A stretch of DNA of 64,000 nucleotides from Candidatus Spyradenecus sp. (GTDB taxonomy: Bacteria; Verrucomicrobiota; Verrucomicrobiia; Opitutales; UBA953), in assembly GCA_045535075.1 (NCBI GenBank), contig JAZSKX010000013.1:70284-134283 (forward strand), read 5' to 3'. The notes beneath the pieces were generated by a model, which worked only from the letters and a program-made list of their open reading frames with translations, was not told the DNA's origin and did not search any database. This document shows positions 52,706-63,400 of the stretch, one piece after another. The translations under genes and the position numbers were made by a program. Within the stretch, counting starts at the first letter, position 1. Each line of letters opens with the position of its first letter.

Positions 52706-53881
52706 TCAGCTCAGCTTGTTTTTGTAATCGGCGTAGCCGAATTTCCGGATAAGTTTGTATTCGCCCGTTTCGGGAACGTAGCTTGCAATCGCGGGAAGAC
52801 AAATGCCGTTAAACGTCGTGTTTTTCACCATCGTGTAATGCGACATGTCGAGAAGCGCGAGCCGTTGCCCGGGAACGAGCGGCTGCGGGAACGAATAATC
52901 GCCGAGCACGTCGCCCGCCAAGCAGGTTCCGCCCGCCAAGCGATACGTGTGCGCAAACTCGCCGGGCGTTCCCGCGCCGAGAATTTCTGCACGATACGGC
53001 ATTTCGAGCGTATCCGGCATGTGTGCGCTCGCCGACGTGTCGAGCACGGCGATCGGCACGCCGTTGTTCACGATGTCCAAAACCGTGCAAACAAGCACGC
53101 CCGTGCGTATCGCGACGGCTTCGCCCGGCTCCAAATAAATTTGAATGTGTTCGCCCCATTTTTTGCGGAACGCGAGAATCGTTTCGCAGAGCAAATCGAC
53201 ATCGTAGCTCGGATGCGTAATCCAGTGCCCGCCTCCGAAATTGATCCATTTCATCTGCGGGATAAATTCGCCGAATTTTTCTTCGAAATGCGGAATCGTC
53301 CGCGCGAGAACGTCCGCGCCCTGCTCGCACATTGTGTGCATGTGAAGCCCTTCGAGCCCGTCCAAATCTCCGGGACGGATTTCGGAGCGAATCGTCCCGA
53401 GCCGCGATCCCGTCGCGCACGGATTGTAAATTTCGTGCTCCACCTCCGCGTATTGCGGATTCACGCGCATCCCGCAGGAAATTTTGCGTCCGCTTGCCGC
53501 GACGACTTCGCGAAAACGCTTCCACTGCGACGGCGAATTAAACGAAATATGATCGACGAATTTCACCAACTCATCCACGTCTGCCGGCGGGAACGCGGGC
53601 GAATAAACGTGGCATTCGCCGGAGAAAAATTCGTTCCCGAGCAAGGCTTCGTGCAGACCGCTCGCCGTCGTTCCCGCGAGGTATTTCGAGATTAAAGGAA
53701 ACTCGCTGAATTGAGCGAAGCCTTTGAGCGCGAGCAAAATTTTCGCGCCCGTGCGATCCGTTACCGAGCGCAACACGCGGCAATTTTCCTCCAGCAAGCC
53801 GCGATGAATCAAGTGGCACGGCGAAGGCACGCGCGACAAATCCAACCCGGAAAAAGCTTCAATAAAACGATCCTGACTCAT
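52706..53881 (-). CDS. nspC: Carboxynorspermidine decarboxylase
   Basis: LALKGF, ASGLHEA, RVNP, YNPC..GSRLG, HMHTMCEQ, GGGH, EPGEA, HMPD, TCLAGD, HYTMVK. Confidence 0.93.
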   Translation of the reverse strand: MSQDRFIEAFSGLDLSRVPSPCHLIHRGLLEENCRVLRSVTDRTGAKILLALKGFAQFSEFPLISKYLAGTTASGLHEALLGNEFFSGECHVYSPAFPPADVDELVKFVDHISFNSPSQWKRFREVVAASGRKISCGMRVNPQYAEVEHEIYNPCATGSRLGTIRSEIRPGDLDGLEGLHMHTMCEQGADVLARTIPHFEEKFGEFIPQMKWINFGGGHWITHPSYDVDLLCETILAFRKKWGEHIQIYLEPGEAVAIRTGVLVCTVLDIVNNGVPIAVLDTSASAHMPDTLEMPYRAEILGAGTPGEFAHTYRLAGGTCLAGDVLGDYSFPQPLVPGQRLALLDMSHYTMVKNTTFNGICLPAIASYVPETGEYKLIRKFGYADYKNKLS

Positions 53882-53899
53882 AAAAAGAATTCCCCGGAT

Positions 53900-54559
53900 T
53901 TAAATTCGAACATACGGATTCATTTCGCGTTCCTCACCAACGGAACTTGCTGGCCCGTGTCCCGGAAACACGCGCACGTCATTCGGAAGCGGAAAGATTT
54001 TCTCCCGAATGCTTTTTTCGAGGACCGGAAAACTTCCGCCCGGCAAATCCGTGCGCCCGATACTTCCCGCAAAAAGGGCATCTCCCGTGAAAAGCCATTT
54101 TTCTTTCGGGCAATAAAACGCGAGACTTCCCGGGCAATGCCCCGGCACAAAAAGCGCTTTCCATTCTTTTCCCAAAAGAGAAAAAACATCGCCGTCCGCC
54201 GTCGGGCGGGAAAGCGTAAACGCCGGAAAATCCGCCATGCTCAAGCCCGGGATTGCCGCCTGATACCACGGCGCAAATTTTTCCGGATTTTCGTGGAATT
54301 CCCGCCCCTCTTCGTGCGCGAAAACCGGAACATCCGGCGACGTTCCCGCGATCACGCGTGCTACGCCGCCGTTGTGATCCCAGTGACCGTGCGTAAGCAA
54401 AATCGCATCGAGGATGAGCTTGTTTTTTTTCAAAAACGGAAGCAGAAACTCGTCCGAGCCGGGCGGCGCATCGACAATCGCACAATGCGATTTCTCGTCA
54501 TTGATTATTAAATATAAATTGGTGCCGAACGGCCCGGCGGGAACGGTTTGAAGTGTCAT
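53900..54559 (-). CDS. MBL-fold metallo-hydrolase (glyoxalase II/YcbL-like)
   Basis: THGHWDH, PGHCPG, GDALFAGSIGRTD, PGHG. Confidence 0.9.
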   Translation of the reverse strand: MTLQTVPAGPFGTNLYLIINDEKSHCAIVDAPPGSDEFLLPFLKKNKLILDAILLTHGHWDHNGGVARVIAGTSPDVPVFAHEEGREFHENPEKFAPWYQAAIPGLSMADFPAFTLSRPTADGDVFSLLGKEWKALFVPGHCPGSLAFYCPKEKWLFTGDALFAGSIGRTDLPGGSFPVLEKSIREKIFPLPNDVRVFPGHGPASSVGEEREMNPYVRI

Positions 54560-54622
54560 TTCGTGGCTAAAGATTAGGGATTATGAATTAAGGACGCTTC
54601 TAAAAATGTAATTTTTAAAAGC

Positions 54623-54737
54623 CCGATGAGAGCGAATGGTCGGAGCTTAGAGGTGAATGCATTTCCGTAGCGGAAAAAGATTTCGATCTCTTTTTCGTGC
54701 AATCACCCATCGCCTTTCAACCCTCAACTCTCATCGG
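54623..54737. repeat. Long imperfect intergenic hairpin with heptamer repeats
   Basis: Nested pairings CCGATGAGAG/CTCTCATCGG, GGTGAATGCA/TGCAATCACC, GAAAAAGA/TCTTTTTC. Confidence 0.6.
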
Positions 54738-54745
54738 AGTTTACC

Positions 54746-56386
54746 TTACGCGTTCATGTCTTTCCATTTTTTCGCCATTTGCGAGAAAATGATGAGCGCG
54801 ATAGCGGAAACAACGCCGATTGCCGCAAACGGCAACCAAACCGTGAGATTCGGAGAATACGTGTCCCAAAGAAGCGTCGTCGCTTCCTGCGAAGAAAGAT
54901 TCAGCATTTTTTCGAGCGCGGGCATGGCTTCGTTACGCGTGATGCCGAGCGTTTTTTCCAAGTCGCTCACGCTGTCAAAAAACGGGCGCCATTCGATGCC
55001 TTTTTGCTCGGCGATGTAGCGCAAGGCGAGCGTCGCCTTTTCGCCGACGTTCCCGTAAATGAGCCCCGCGAGTTTTGCGCCCGCGAAAATCCCGACGCCG
55101 ACGGGAATGTTGATGTAAGCGAGGTAAACGCCTTTTTTGTCCGACGGTGCAATTTCGGAAAGATACTGTGATTTTTTCGGTCCCGTAAACATTTCTCCGA
55201 GCGAGAAAAACAGAACGCCGAGCAGGAAGAACCACGCGTTTTGCGTGTAGCCTGCGACCACAACGCCGATTGTCGCCATCGCCATCCCGAAGATCATCGC
55301 GTCAAGCGTGCGCATTTTGCGCGTAATCCACGACACGCCGACGACACCGAGAATAATAAATGTCGCGTTCGCGCTGATGAGCACCGCTTGCGGAATGCGC
55401 AGCGTGCCGTCCGGGAGCGTTTCCACAAAGTATTTTGAAATGCCTTCCGGCAAAATCGCGTTTGCCGTTGCCGCAACGTTCGCGCTCGAAACCCAGTCTT
55501 CAAGGAAGTTCGGCTGCAAGTCCCAAAGCTGGAACATCATCAGCCAAAAACCGGACATGATGAGAATCCACGTAAGCAGGCGCGGTTGGAAAATGTCCTT
55601 GATCGCGTTGACGAGAACGCGCCCGATGCCGAGAGTTTTGGACGCGCCCGACGGAGTGTCCTTAAAGAACAGAAGCGGCAGGAAATTCACCAAAATCATC
55701 GCCGCCGAAATGATGAAAACGAGGCGCCAGCGCCCGACGGAATTGGCGACCCCGAGCGCGTCCGGCATAAAGTTTTCCGAAAGAAAAACAACGGGAATGT
55801 AGTGCCCGATGAGCGCTCCGATGTTGACGACCCAGTAGAAAACGCCCCAGCCGAGCGAGGATTTTTCCTTCGGGAGCGTGTGCGAAAGTGCGCCCTGAAT
55901 GCCGGGTTTGAAAAGCGCCGAGCCGGTTGCAAAAACCGTAATCCCGATGAGGAATCCGATATAATTACCGTTCACGCCGTCAAACGCGAGCGTTCCCGCG
56001 AGCGCATCCAGCGACGGCAAATCGCGCAGAAACGCCATGAGCAAATAGCCGAGCGACATCGTGGCGACGGAAATCACCATCATTTTTTTATAGCCGTAGC
56101 GGTCGGCAAAACCGCCGGTGATAATCGGCAAAAAGCATTGCACGACTGCCCACCACGCGTAGAGAGTGCCTTTGGCGGCGGCGGTCAGGTGAAGCCCGCC
56201 GACATTGTCCGCCTGCATAATATAAATCGGTGCGACGACGCGCACGCTGTTGTAGGCGAGGCGCTCCATCATTTCGATGAAGTTCAGCTCGAAAAACGGC
56301 GCCAGCCAGTTTTTTTTCTTTTCTTCTTCCGTCTGAGTTGCGGGAACCGCGTCAGTAATTGCGTTTGGATTCGTCGTATCGCTCAT
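54746..56386 (-). CDS. MFS transporter, POT/PTR peptide transporter-like
   Basis: EMMERLAY (ExxER), GGFADRYG, FKP, FYWVVNIG, LGEMF; multiple TM segments. Confidence 0.85.
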   Translation of the reverse strand: MSDTTNPNAITDAVPATQTEEEKKKNWLAPFFELNFIEMMERLAYNSVRVVAPIYIMQADNVGGLHLTAAAKGTLYAWWAVVQCFLPIITGGFADRYGYKKMMVISVATMSLGYLLMAFLRDLPSLDALAGTLAFDGVNGNYIGFLIGITVFATGSALFKPGIQGALSHTLPKEKSSLGWGVFYWVVNIGALIGHYIPVVFLSENFMPDALGVANSVGRWRLVFIISAAMILVNFLPLLFFKDTPSGASKTLGIGRVLVNAIKDIFQPRLLTWILIMSGFWLMMFQLWDLQPNFLEDWVSSANVAATANAILPEGISKYFVETLPDGTLRIPQAVLISANATFIILGVVGVSWITRKMRTLDAMIFGMAMATIGVVVAGYTQNAWFFLLGVLFFSLGEMFTGPKKSQYLSEIAPSDKKGVYLAYINIPVGVGIFAGAKLAGLIYGNVGEKATLALRYIAEQKGIEWRPFFDSVSDLEKTLGITRNEAMPALEKMLNLSSQEATTLLWDTYSPNLTVWLPFAAIGVVSAIALIIFSQMAKKWKDMNA

Positions 56387-56461
56387 AAGTGTAAAAAGTT
56401 AGAGGGAAAGACTATCAAAACATCTACAGGCAACGCAAGCCGCGGGAACGCAAGTTGAAAT

Positions 56462-56501
56462 AAAAAAGGGCGTTCCCGCGCGAACGGCGGAAACGCCTTT
56501 T
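56462..56501 (-). terminator. Intrinsic terminator of argJ; degenerate inverted motif pair
   Basis: AAAAAAGGGCGTTCCCGC...GCGGAAACGCCTTTT. Confidence 0.7.
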
Positions 56502-56517
56502 ATCTTCGGAAACGAAA

Positions 56518-57795
56518 TTATTCGCCTTTGTTGAAGTCAACGTAGGCTTCCGTTAAATCTGTCGAAATTAAGCGATAGTCATGCGTCCCGATATTGAGGA
56601 ATAAACGAATGTCGAATTCTTTCTTGGCAACGACCTCGCGCCATTTCGCTTCGTTTTGTCCTTGAAGCTCGCCTTTGAGAAATACGGGAACGTCGTCGTA
56701 ATAAAGATCAATTTTGCTTTGATCAATGCCGCATTTCGCATACCCCGCCGAGCACAAAATACGCCCCCAATTCGGATCGCCGCCGCACCATGAGGCTTTT
56801 ACCAAAAGCGAATTGCCGATCGAACGCGCAATTTTGTTCGCATCCGCATCCGTACGTGCGCCGTGGACGTGGAGCGTAACGACGCGAGAAATCTTTTCGC
56901 CGTCGCCGACAATTTTCTTCGCCAAACTGAAGCAGACTTTTTCGAGAGCTTCGCGGAAAAGCGCCAATCCTTCCGGATCGTTTTCCGTAATTTCCGCTCC
57001 CGATTCGCCGTTGGCAAGAATCAAAACCGTGTCATTCGTCGACATGTCGCCGTCAACGGAAACGCAATTAAACGACTGCCCGACGGCGTGCCAAAGGCAT
57101 TTTTGAAGCAATTCCTGCGAAATCTTCGCATCCGTCGCAAGCAATCCGAACATAGTCGCCATATTCGGTTCAATCATTCCCGCGCCCTTCGCCATTCCGG
57201 AAATCGTAACCGTTTTACCGCCGACAACGCCCAGCGCCGCGCCCACATTGAATTTCGCCGTACAGGTTTTTCTCCGCGTATCCGAAGTCAAAATCGCATC
57301 GGCGGCACGTGCAGATTCCTGCAAATCGGGCTTTAAGCGGCGAATTGCCTCCCGCATTCCGTTTTCAATTTTTTCCATCGGGAGTTTCACGCCGATACGT
57401 CCCGTCGAGCAAACAAAAAACTGTTCGGTTTTGCACGCCAGCATTTCGGAAACAAATTCGCACATACGATGCGCATCTTTCATTCCGCGTTCGCCCGTAC
57501 ACGCATTTGCGTTCCCGCTGTTGGCGACAATGCCGTGCATTGCACATTTTCCGTTTGCGTGATTCCGCAAATGCGCCTGCGAAACATAAACCGGAGCCGC
57601 CTTGACATCATTCGTCGTAAACGTTCCCGCCGCCGTGCAAGGACTTTTCGAGTAAATCAAAGCCAAGTCGAGACGCTTGGCGTCCTGCTTGTTGCGAATA
57701 TCGCAAGCCGTTCCCGCGACCGCGAATCCGGGAACTTCGGCAATTCCGTTAGTGTCGTCAATAAATTGAATTTTCGAAATCAGGTTTTCAAACAT
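56518..57795 (-). CDS. argJ: Bifunctional ornithine acetyltransferase / N-acetylglutamate synthase
   Basis: NSGNANACTG, STGRIG, KGAGMIEPNMATM, DGDMSTND, DGE, DPNWGR. Confidence 0.96.
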   Translation of the reverse strand: MFENLISKIQFIDDTNGIAEVPGFAVAGTACDIRNKQDAKRLDLALIYSKSPCTAAGTFTTNDVKAAPVYVSQAHLRNHANGKCAMHGIVANSGNANACTGERGMKDAHRMCEFVSEMLACKTEQFFVCSTGRIGVKLPMEKIENGMREAIRRLKPDLQESARAADAILTSDTRRKTCTAKFNVGAALGVVGGKTVTISGMAKGAGMIEPNMATMFGLLATDAKISQELLQKCLWHAVGQSFNCVSVDGDMSTNDTVLILANGESGAEITENDPEGLALFREALEKVCFSLAKKIVGDGEKISRVVTLHVHGARTDADANKIARSIGNSLLVKASWCGGDPNWGRILCSAGYAKCGIDQSKIDLYYDDVPVFLKGELQGQNEAKWREVVAKKEFDIRLFLNIGTHDYRLISTDLTEAYVDFNKGE

Positions 57796-57851
57796 GGCAA
57801 ATAATTTTCGTTGAGTTTATCGCTAAGCCCGAAATAAAGAAAGCAAAGAAG

Positions 57852-60425
57852 TTATTGTTTCAGCGTGCCGCGCGTAACGCCGAGCTTGGACTCGAGGCGG
57901 AGTCCGCGCCAGAGCGCGTTCCCGTCGATTTTCCCCGCAAGCAAATCGCGATAGCGCCCGAGAATTTCCGTCATGAGTTCCGGCGTTTCATCGATAAATT
58001 CGATGCGGAAATTGCGTACGCCCCGGGAGCGGATTTCGTCGAAAAACTCCGCGCCCGTTTGCGCACGCGCATTGTAAACCGTGTTGCGGCAACCCGCATC
58101 GGCTTTGACAAGATGTTCCAAGCCCGTGCGGTCGCGCAAACGCACAACATGTTTTTCGCATGGACGCCCGCAGTCGCGAAAATCTTTTCCTTCCGACAAA
58201 AACGAACAGAAAACACAGTGCTCCATGTGAAACATCGGCATGTGCTGATGGAGCGTAACTTCGATTTTCTCCGGCGCGGGAACGCGCTCAAGCATCGCAC
58301 AAAGTTGCTCCAAATTCATATCATAAGACGCGGTTACACGTTCCAAATTGCGTTCCCGCAAATAATATTCCGCCGTAAGGTGATTCGCTACGTTCAGCGA
58401 AAAATCGCCGCGCACACGCGTTCCCGCGAACGCGTAGAGATGTTCGTGAGCACGCACGAGAAAACCGTCCGCGCCGCATTCGCGCACAACGCGCAAAATG
58501 CCGGCTTCGTCTGCCGCCTGCTTGAAAATGCGCGGCGGCTGCGCCCAAAACTCCGCCTCGGGAACGGCATGCACGCGCTCTGCGGCAACGCGGTAATCGC
58601 GCGGATTTTCAAACTCCGCGTAAATTGTTTTCGCGCCGAACGCCAGAGCCGCCTCCACCTGCGCCAATTCCCGGACCACAGGAATCAAGCGGGCGGGAAA
58701 ACATTCCGGCTTTCCTTGAGGGAGCGACGAACCATCGGGAACGCCGGACAAATCCGCTGCATCCGCCGTTCCCGCATCGCTCGGCGAAGACAAGACAGGC
58801 TTCGTTTCCGGAATTGTCCACTTCACGGAGTTTTCGCGGGCAGCGTTGAGTTTTTCGACGAGAGCGCGTCGCAACTTGTTGGCGACGCTTGCGGGAACGA
58901 GCGGCGAGCCGGAAATCTCCGATTTCCAGTCGTCTAAAAAATATCCCGTTCCGCCGAGCCGGGCGAACTGCTCGCGTAGCCACGCGTCGCTTGCCGGTTT
59001 ATTCGTCGCGGGAACAAGCGCGTCGCCGATTTCCGCCGAAACCGTGTTTCCGCAGGCATCGTCGCATTCCGCGCGGAGCGGTTTTCCGGTTTCGGCGAAA
59101 ACACGCATATTGATTTCGCGCGCCCAATGCGGCAGGTCTCCGGCAAACGTTTCGCGGATGTTTGCCGTGAGCGCGGGATCGGAGGTTTTCCAAAGTTTAT
59201 CTCCGCGGCGCACGCGTTCCCAGCGGATTCCGGCGCGTGCGAAACGCACGAAAACTTCGCCGCTCCCGCGCGCTTTTTCCACGCCGTAAACGTAGCCGCC
59301 CTCCTCTTTTTCTTCCGGTTTTCCCGCGTCGAAAACTACGCCGTCGCCGGATTTCAGCGCTGCTTTCAGGTGCACGAAAACGCCGTCTTTGCCGAAGCCG
59401 GAAACTTCCCCGAGAAATACGCCGCGCTTTTTTCCGAAGCGCGCGTGAACGAGCTCGCGATTATTGATGCCGCGCATCCAGCCCGTGTAAAGCCCGCGTG
59501 AAAACGCCATCTCCAGCGCGTAGGCGTGGCGTTCCCGCAATTGTTTGGCAAAAGCGGAAAGCGTTTCGGCGGGAACGCCGTCCGTAATCATTTCGTGGAT
59601 ACGATCTACGCTGTCGCGGTAAACGCGCGTTACGGAAGCGACGTATTCCGGGGTTTTTAGGCGACCTTCGATTTTGAGCGAACGCACACCGAGGCGCATC
59701 AGCTCCGGAAGCATTTCCACGCCCGCCAAGTCCCGCGGCGAAAGCAAGTAGCGGCGCGCGCCGAGCGGCACTTTTTCTCCGTCGCAAATCAATTCATACG
59801 GCAAGCGGCACGCCTGCGCGCACTCGCCGCGATTGGCGGAGCGGCCGCCGAGCGCCTCGCTCGTCAGACATTGCCCGGAATACGCCACGCACAATGCGCC
59901 GTGCACGAACATTTCAAGCGGGAGCGATTCCGCCGGATTCGCGTTCCCGCGCGCGACAATTTGCTCCAACTCGCCGATATTTACTTCGCGGGAAAGCACC
60001 GCGAGCGACGCGCCGAGTTCCCGCGCAAAACGCACGCCCGCGGCGGAGGAAACCGTCATTTGCGTCGACGCGTGAACGGGAAAATCCGGCGAAATTTTGC
60101 GAATCAGGCGCACGATGCCGACATCCTGCACGATCGCCGCGTCCACGCCGGACGCGATGATTTTTCGAAGTTCTTTTTCCGCTTCTTCGAGCTCGTTTGA
60201 AAAAATCAGCGTGTTGAAGGTAACGTAGCCGCGCACGCCGCGCCGATGGAGAAATTTCATCAGCTTGGGCAAATCGTCGGCGACAAAATTGTCCGCACGC
60301 ACGCGGGCGTTAAACCGCCCGACGCCGAAATAAATTGCGTCCGCGCCGTTTTCGACGGCGGCTTTCGCGCATTCCCACCCGCCTGCGGGCGCGAGCACTT
60401 CGGGCTTTTTCATTTCAAAATTCAT
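57852..60425 (-). CDS. U32 family protein with DUF3656-like extension (RlhA-like RNA hydroxylation protein)
   Basis: PEVLAPAG, HASTQM, FVHGALCVAYSGQC, SANRGECAQACR, LKIEGR; C-terminal HCVFC...CGRPC. Confidence 0.85.
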   Translation of the reverse strand: MNFEMKKPEVLAPAGGWECAKAAVENGADAIYFGVGRFNARVRADNFVADDLPKLMKFLHRRGVRGYVTFNTLIFSNELEEAEKELRKIIASGVDAAIVQDVGIVRLIRKISPDFPVHASTQMTVSSAAGVRFARELGASLAVLSREVNIGELEQIVARGNANPAESLPLEMFVHGALCVAYSGQCLTSEALGGRSANRGECAQACRLPYELICDGEKVPLGARRYLLSPRDLAGVEMLPELMRLGVRSLKIEGRLKTPEYVASVTRVYRDSVDRIHEMITDGVPAETLSAFAKQLRERHAYALEMAFSRGLYTGWMRGINNRELVHARFGKKRGVFLGEVSGFGKDGVFVHLKAALKSGDGVVFDAGKPEEKEEGGYVYGVEKARGSGEVFVRFARAGIRWERVRRGDKLWKTSDPALTANIRETFAGDLPHWAREINMRVFAETGKPLRAECDDACGNTVSAEIGDALVPATNKPASDAWLREQFARLGGTGYFLDDWKSEISGSPLVPASVANKLRRALVEKLNAARENSVKWTIPETKPVLSSPSDAGTADAADLSGVPDGSSLPQGKPECFPARLIPVVRELAQVEAALAFGAKTIYAEFENPRDYRVAAERVHAVPEAEFWAQPPRIFKQAADEAGILRVVRECGADGFLVRAHEHLYAFAGTRVRGDFSLNVANHLTAEYYLRERNLERVTASYDMNLEQLCAMLERVPAPEKIEVTLHQHMPMFHMEHCVFCSFLSEGKDFRDCGRPCEKHVVRLRDRTGLEHLVKADAGCRNTVYNARAQTGAEFFDEIRSRGVRNFRIEFIDETPELMTEILGRYRDLLAGKIDGNALWRGLRLESKLGVTRGTLKQ

Positions 60426-60439
60426 CTATGCGACCTTTC

Positions 60440-63400
60440 TCACCCGTTGTATTTTTTGAAGTTTTCGGCTTGTTCGAAGATTTCTTTGAAAACTTCGTCA
60501 TTGGTCACGGGCGGATAGCCGTGTGCGTCGAGAATAAGTATCAGATCCATTTTCAGTGCCGCTTTTATGTCTTCGCGCTGCGCCCAATCCGCGTAGCGTG
60601 CCTTGTCGTCCACGATTTTCTTAATTTCCGCCGCGAGAGCTACAAGTTTTTCCTCCGGATAATCGAAGCCGAACTTTTTCGCGATGGACTTCAAGATATC
60701 GTAAAAAGCTTTTTCTTCGTAGGAAATCCCCAAGTCTTTAAAGGATTTTTTCTCGGTGTTGATTTCGTGCAGAAGCGCTGCCATTCGGTCGGCGACTTCG
60801 GAAAGCACTTCTTCCGCCAAAACGGCGTTGTCGCTCCGGTCATTATACCGCGCGACCAAATCATTGAGGCGCTTTGAAAAATCGACACCTTTCATTTTGT
60901 TGACCTTCTGAAACTCCGAAATCACCGTTTTCAGAAGGCGTTCCATCAGCTTGATTTTCGTGTTCGGGAACGGCAATTTCGCCAAACGCGCCATGTAATC
61001 CGCGTCCAGTACATCGAGCGTCTCGTTCCCGCTTCCGAGCTGAATAATTTCTTCAACGCCCTCGGAGCGAATCGCCTCTTCAATCATTGCCGCCACGCGC
61101 CGGTTCATTTGCTCGGTATCGGGAGAGTTCCCGCGGGAAAGTTTCGCGATAATTGCCCGAACGCCGCAAAAATAGTGAATTTCCTCACGTTCTGTATCCG
61201 AGATTTCCTCGTTGCCGCCGCAGAGATTGAACGCCGACTTCAATTTTTTCGCGTGTCCCATGAAAAGGGTTTCGCGTTCCTTGGTGGCTTGAGCAAACTC
61301 CGCGCCGCGATTCAGACAATCAAGCTGCTCCAGCGGCGTTCCCGTCGTAAATAAAGAATAATCGAATTTGGAAAACAACCGGCGAAGAATATCGAGCTCG
61401 TCTTTTACCAGCGTAACGGATTTTTCCGCCGTTTCAACGGAATCGCCGACAAATTCGCCCGACGCATACTTTTTCAGCGCCTGATCCATGCTGTTTTTGA
61501 TGCCGAAATAATCGACGACCAAGCCTTTGTCTTTGCCGGGAAAAACACGGTTTACGCGGGAAATAGTCTGCACGAGCGTATGCATTTGCAACGGCTTATC
61601 AATGTACATCGTATCTAAGCACGGCGCATCAAAACCCGTTATCCACATATCGACTACGATGGCGATTTTGAAATCGGAATCCGGATCTTTGAATAATTTG
61701 TCGAGGTTTTTGCGATCCTCGTCGCTCCCGAGCAAGTCATAGAGTGCGGATTCGTCATCTTTACTGCGCGTCATAACGAGGTTAATTTTCCTGCACGGTT
61801 GCGGAGCATTCCCGTAATGTGACGCCGATTCCGCCGCCATCAGAGGTGCGTTCCCGAAGCTCAACATGTTTTCAGCGTTCCCGCCCGAAGAGACTTCCGC
61901 CCACTCCGGCCGCAACGCAATAATTTTTTTATACAAATCGTAAGCGATGGTTCGATTCGCACAAACAATCATCGCCTTGCCCTTCACTGTAGCGCCTTCA
62001 GCAAGGCGGTTTTCGTAATGCGCAATAAAATCTTCCGCAACCGCCTGTAAGCGGTCGGGATCGCCCAAAATGCGCTCCATCCGCGTTACGGCTCGCTTGC
62101 TGGACTCGATCTGATACGGATTGGTACCTTCCGCCTCGCACATTCGGTAGTATTCCTCAATTTCGCGAAGCTTCGCGTTATCGAGCATTACCCGCGCCGC
62201 GCGTCCCTCATAAACAATGCGGCGCGTAATGCCGTCCGCCACGGATTCCGTCATCGTATACGCATCGACGACATCGCCGAAAACGCGTATCGTCTCGTCA
62301 ATCGGCGTTCCCGTGAAGCCGACATAGGTCGCATTCGGGAACGAGTCGTGCAAATATTTTGCGAAGCCGTAGCTACGCCGCACGCCGCTTTCTTCCCGTC
62401 GCACCTGCTGAGCGAGATTCGTCTGCGAGCGATGTGCTTCATCCGAAATACAAACGATATTCGCTCGCTCGGAAAGCAGCTGTGTGTCTTCGGTGAATTT
62501 GTGAATCGTTGTCAGAAAAACTCCGCCGCTCGTGCGGCCGGCAAGGAGCTCCCGCAATTTCGCGCGGCTTTCCACCGAGACAACGCATTCGTCTCCGATA
62601 AATTGCTTTGCGTTCCCGAATTGCTCGGAAAGTTGCGTATCCAAATCCGTGCGGTCCGTGATCAAAACAACGGTCGGGCTCGCAAACTCGCGGGAACGCA
62701 TCAGCATCCGCGTCAGGAAAAGCATCGTGTAGCTTTTCCCGCAACCTGTTGCACCGAAATAAGTTCCGCCCTTCCCGTCGCCGCCGGCTCGCATTTTGGA
62801 ATGCGCAAGGATATTTGCGAAAAGCTTATGCGTCGCAAAAAACTGCGGATAGCGGCAAACGACTTTCAGTTCTTTTTTCGACGAATCGGGCAAAAAAACA
62901 AAATCCTTTATCACGCTGAGCAAACGCTCCTTGCGAAACAGCCCGCGCACCATCGTCTTCAGCGAATTGATCCCGTCCGCCGCAGGCTCGCCCGGCTCCG
63001 CTTTGTTCCACGCGTAGAAAAAATCATACGGGGTGAAAAGCGAGCCGTATTTGTTATTCACTCCGTCACTGATGACGGTAAACGCGTTGCACTTGAAAAG
63101 CTCCGGAATATCCCGCCGATAGCGCACCGTCAACTGCCTGAAAGCATCATAAATCGTCGCGTCTTCCCGCACGGCACTCTTAAACTCAAGCACGACCATC
63201 GGCAAACCGTTGACAAAAACGATCCCGTCGGGAACGCGCGTTTCCGTCCCCTTAATTTCAAACTGGTTGACGATTTTGAATAAATTACCCGAAACACCGT
63301 TCCCGCTGAAATCAATCGGCTCAATATATAAATTCGGACGCGAAGCATCGTCCCGCTTCAGCGAAAAACCCTCCGTAATGAGACGATACGTTTTGACGTT

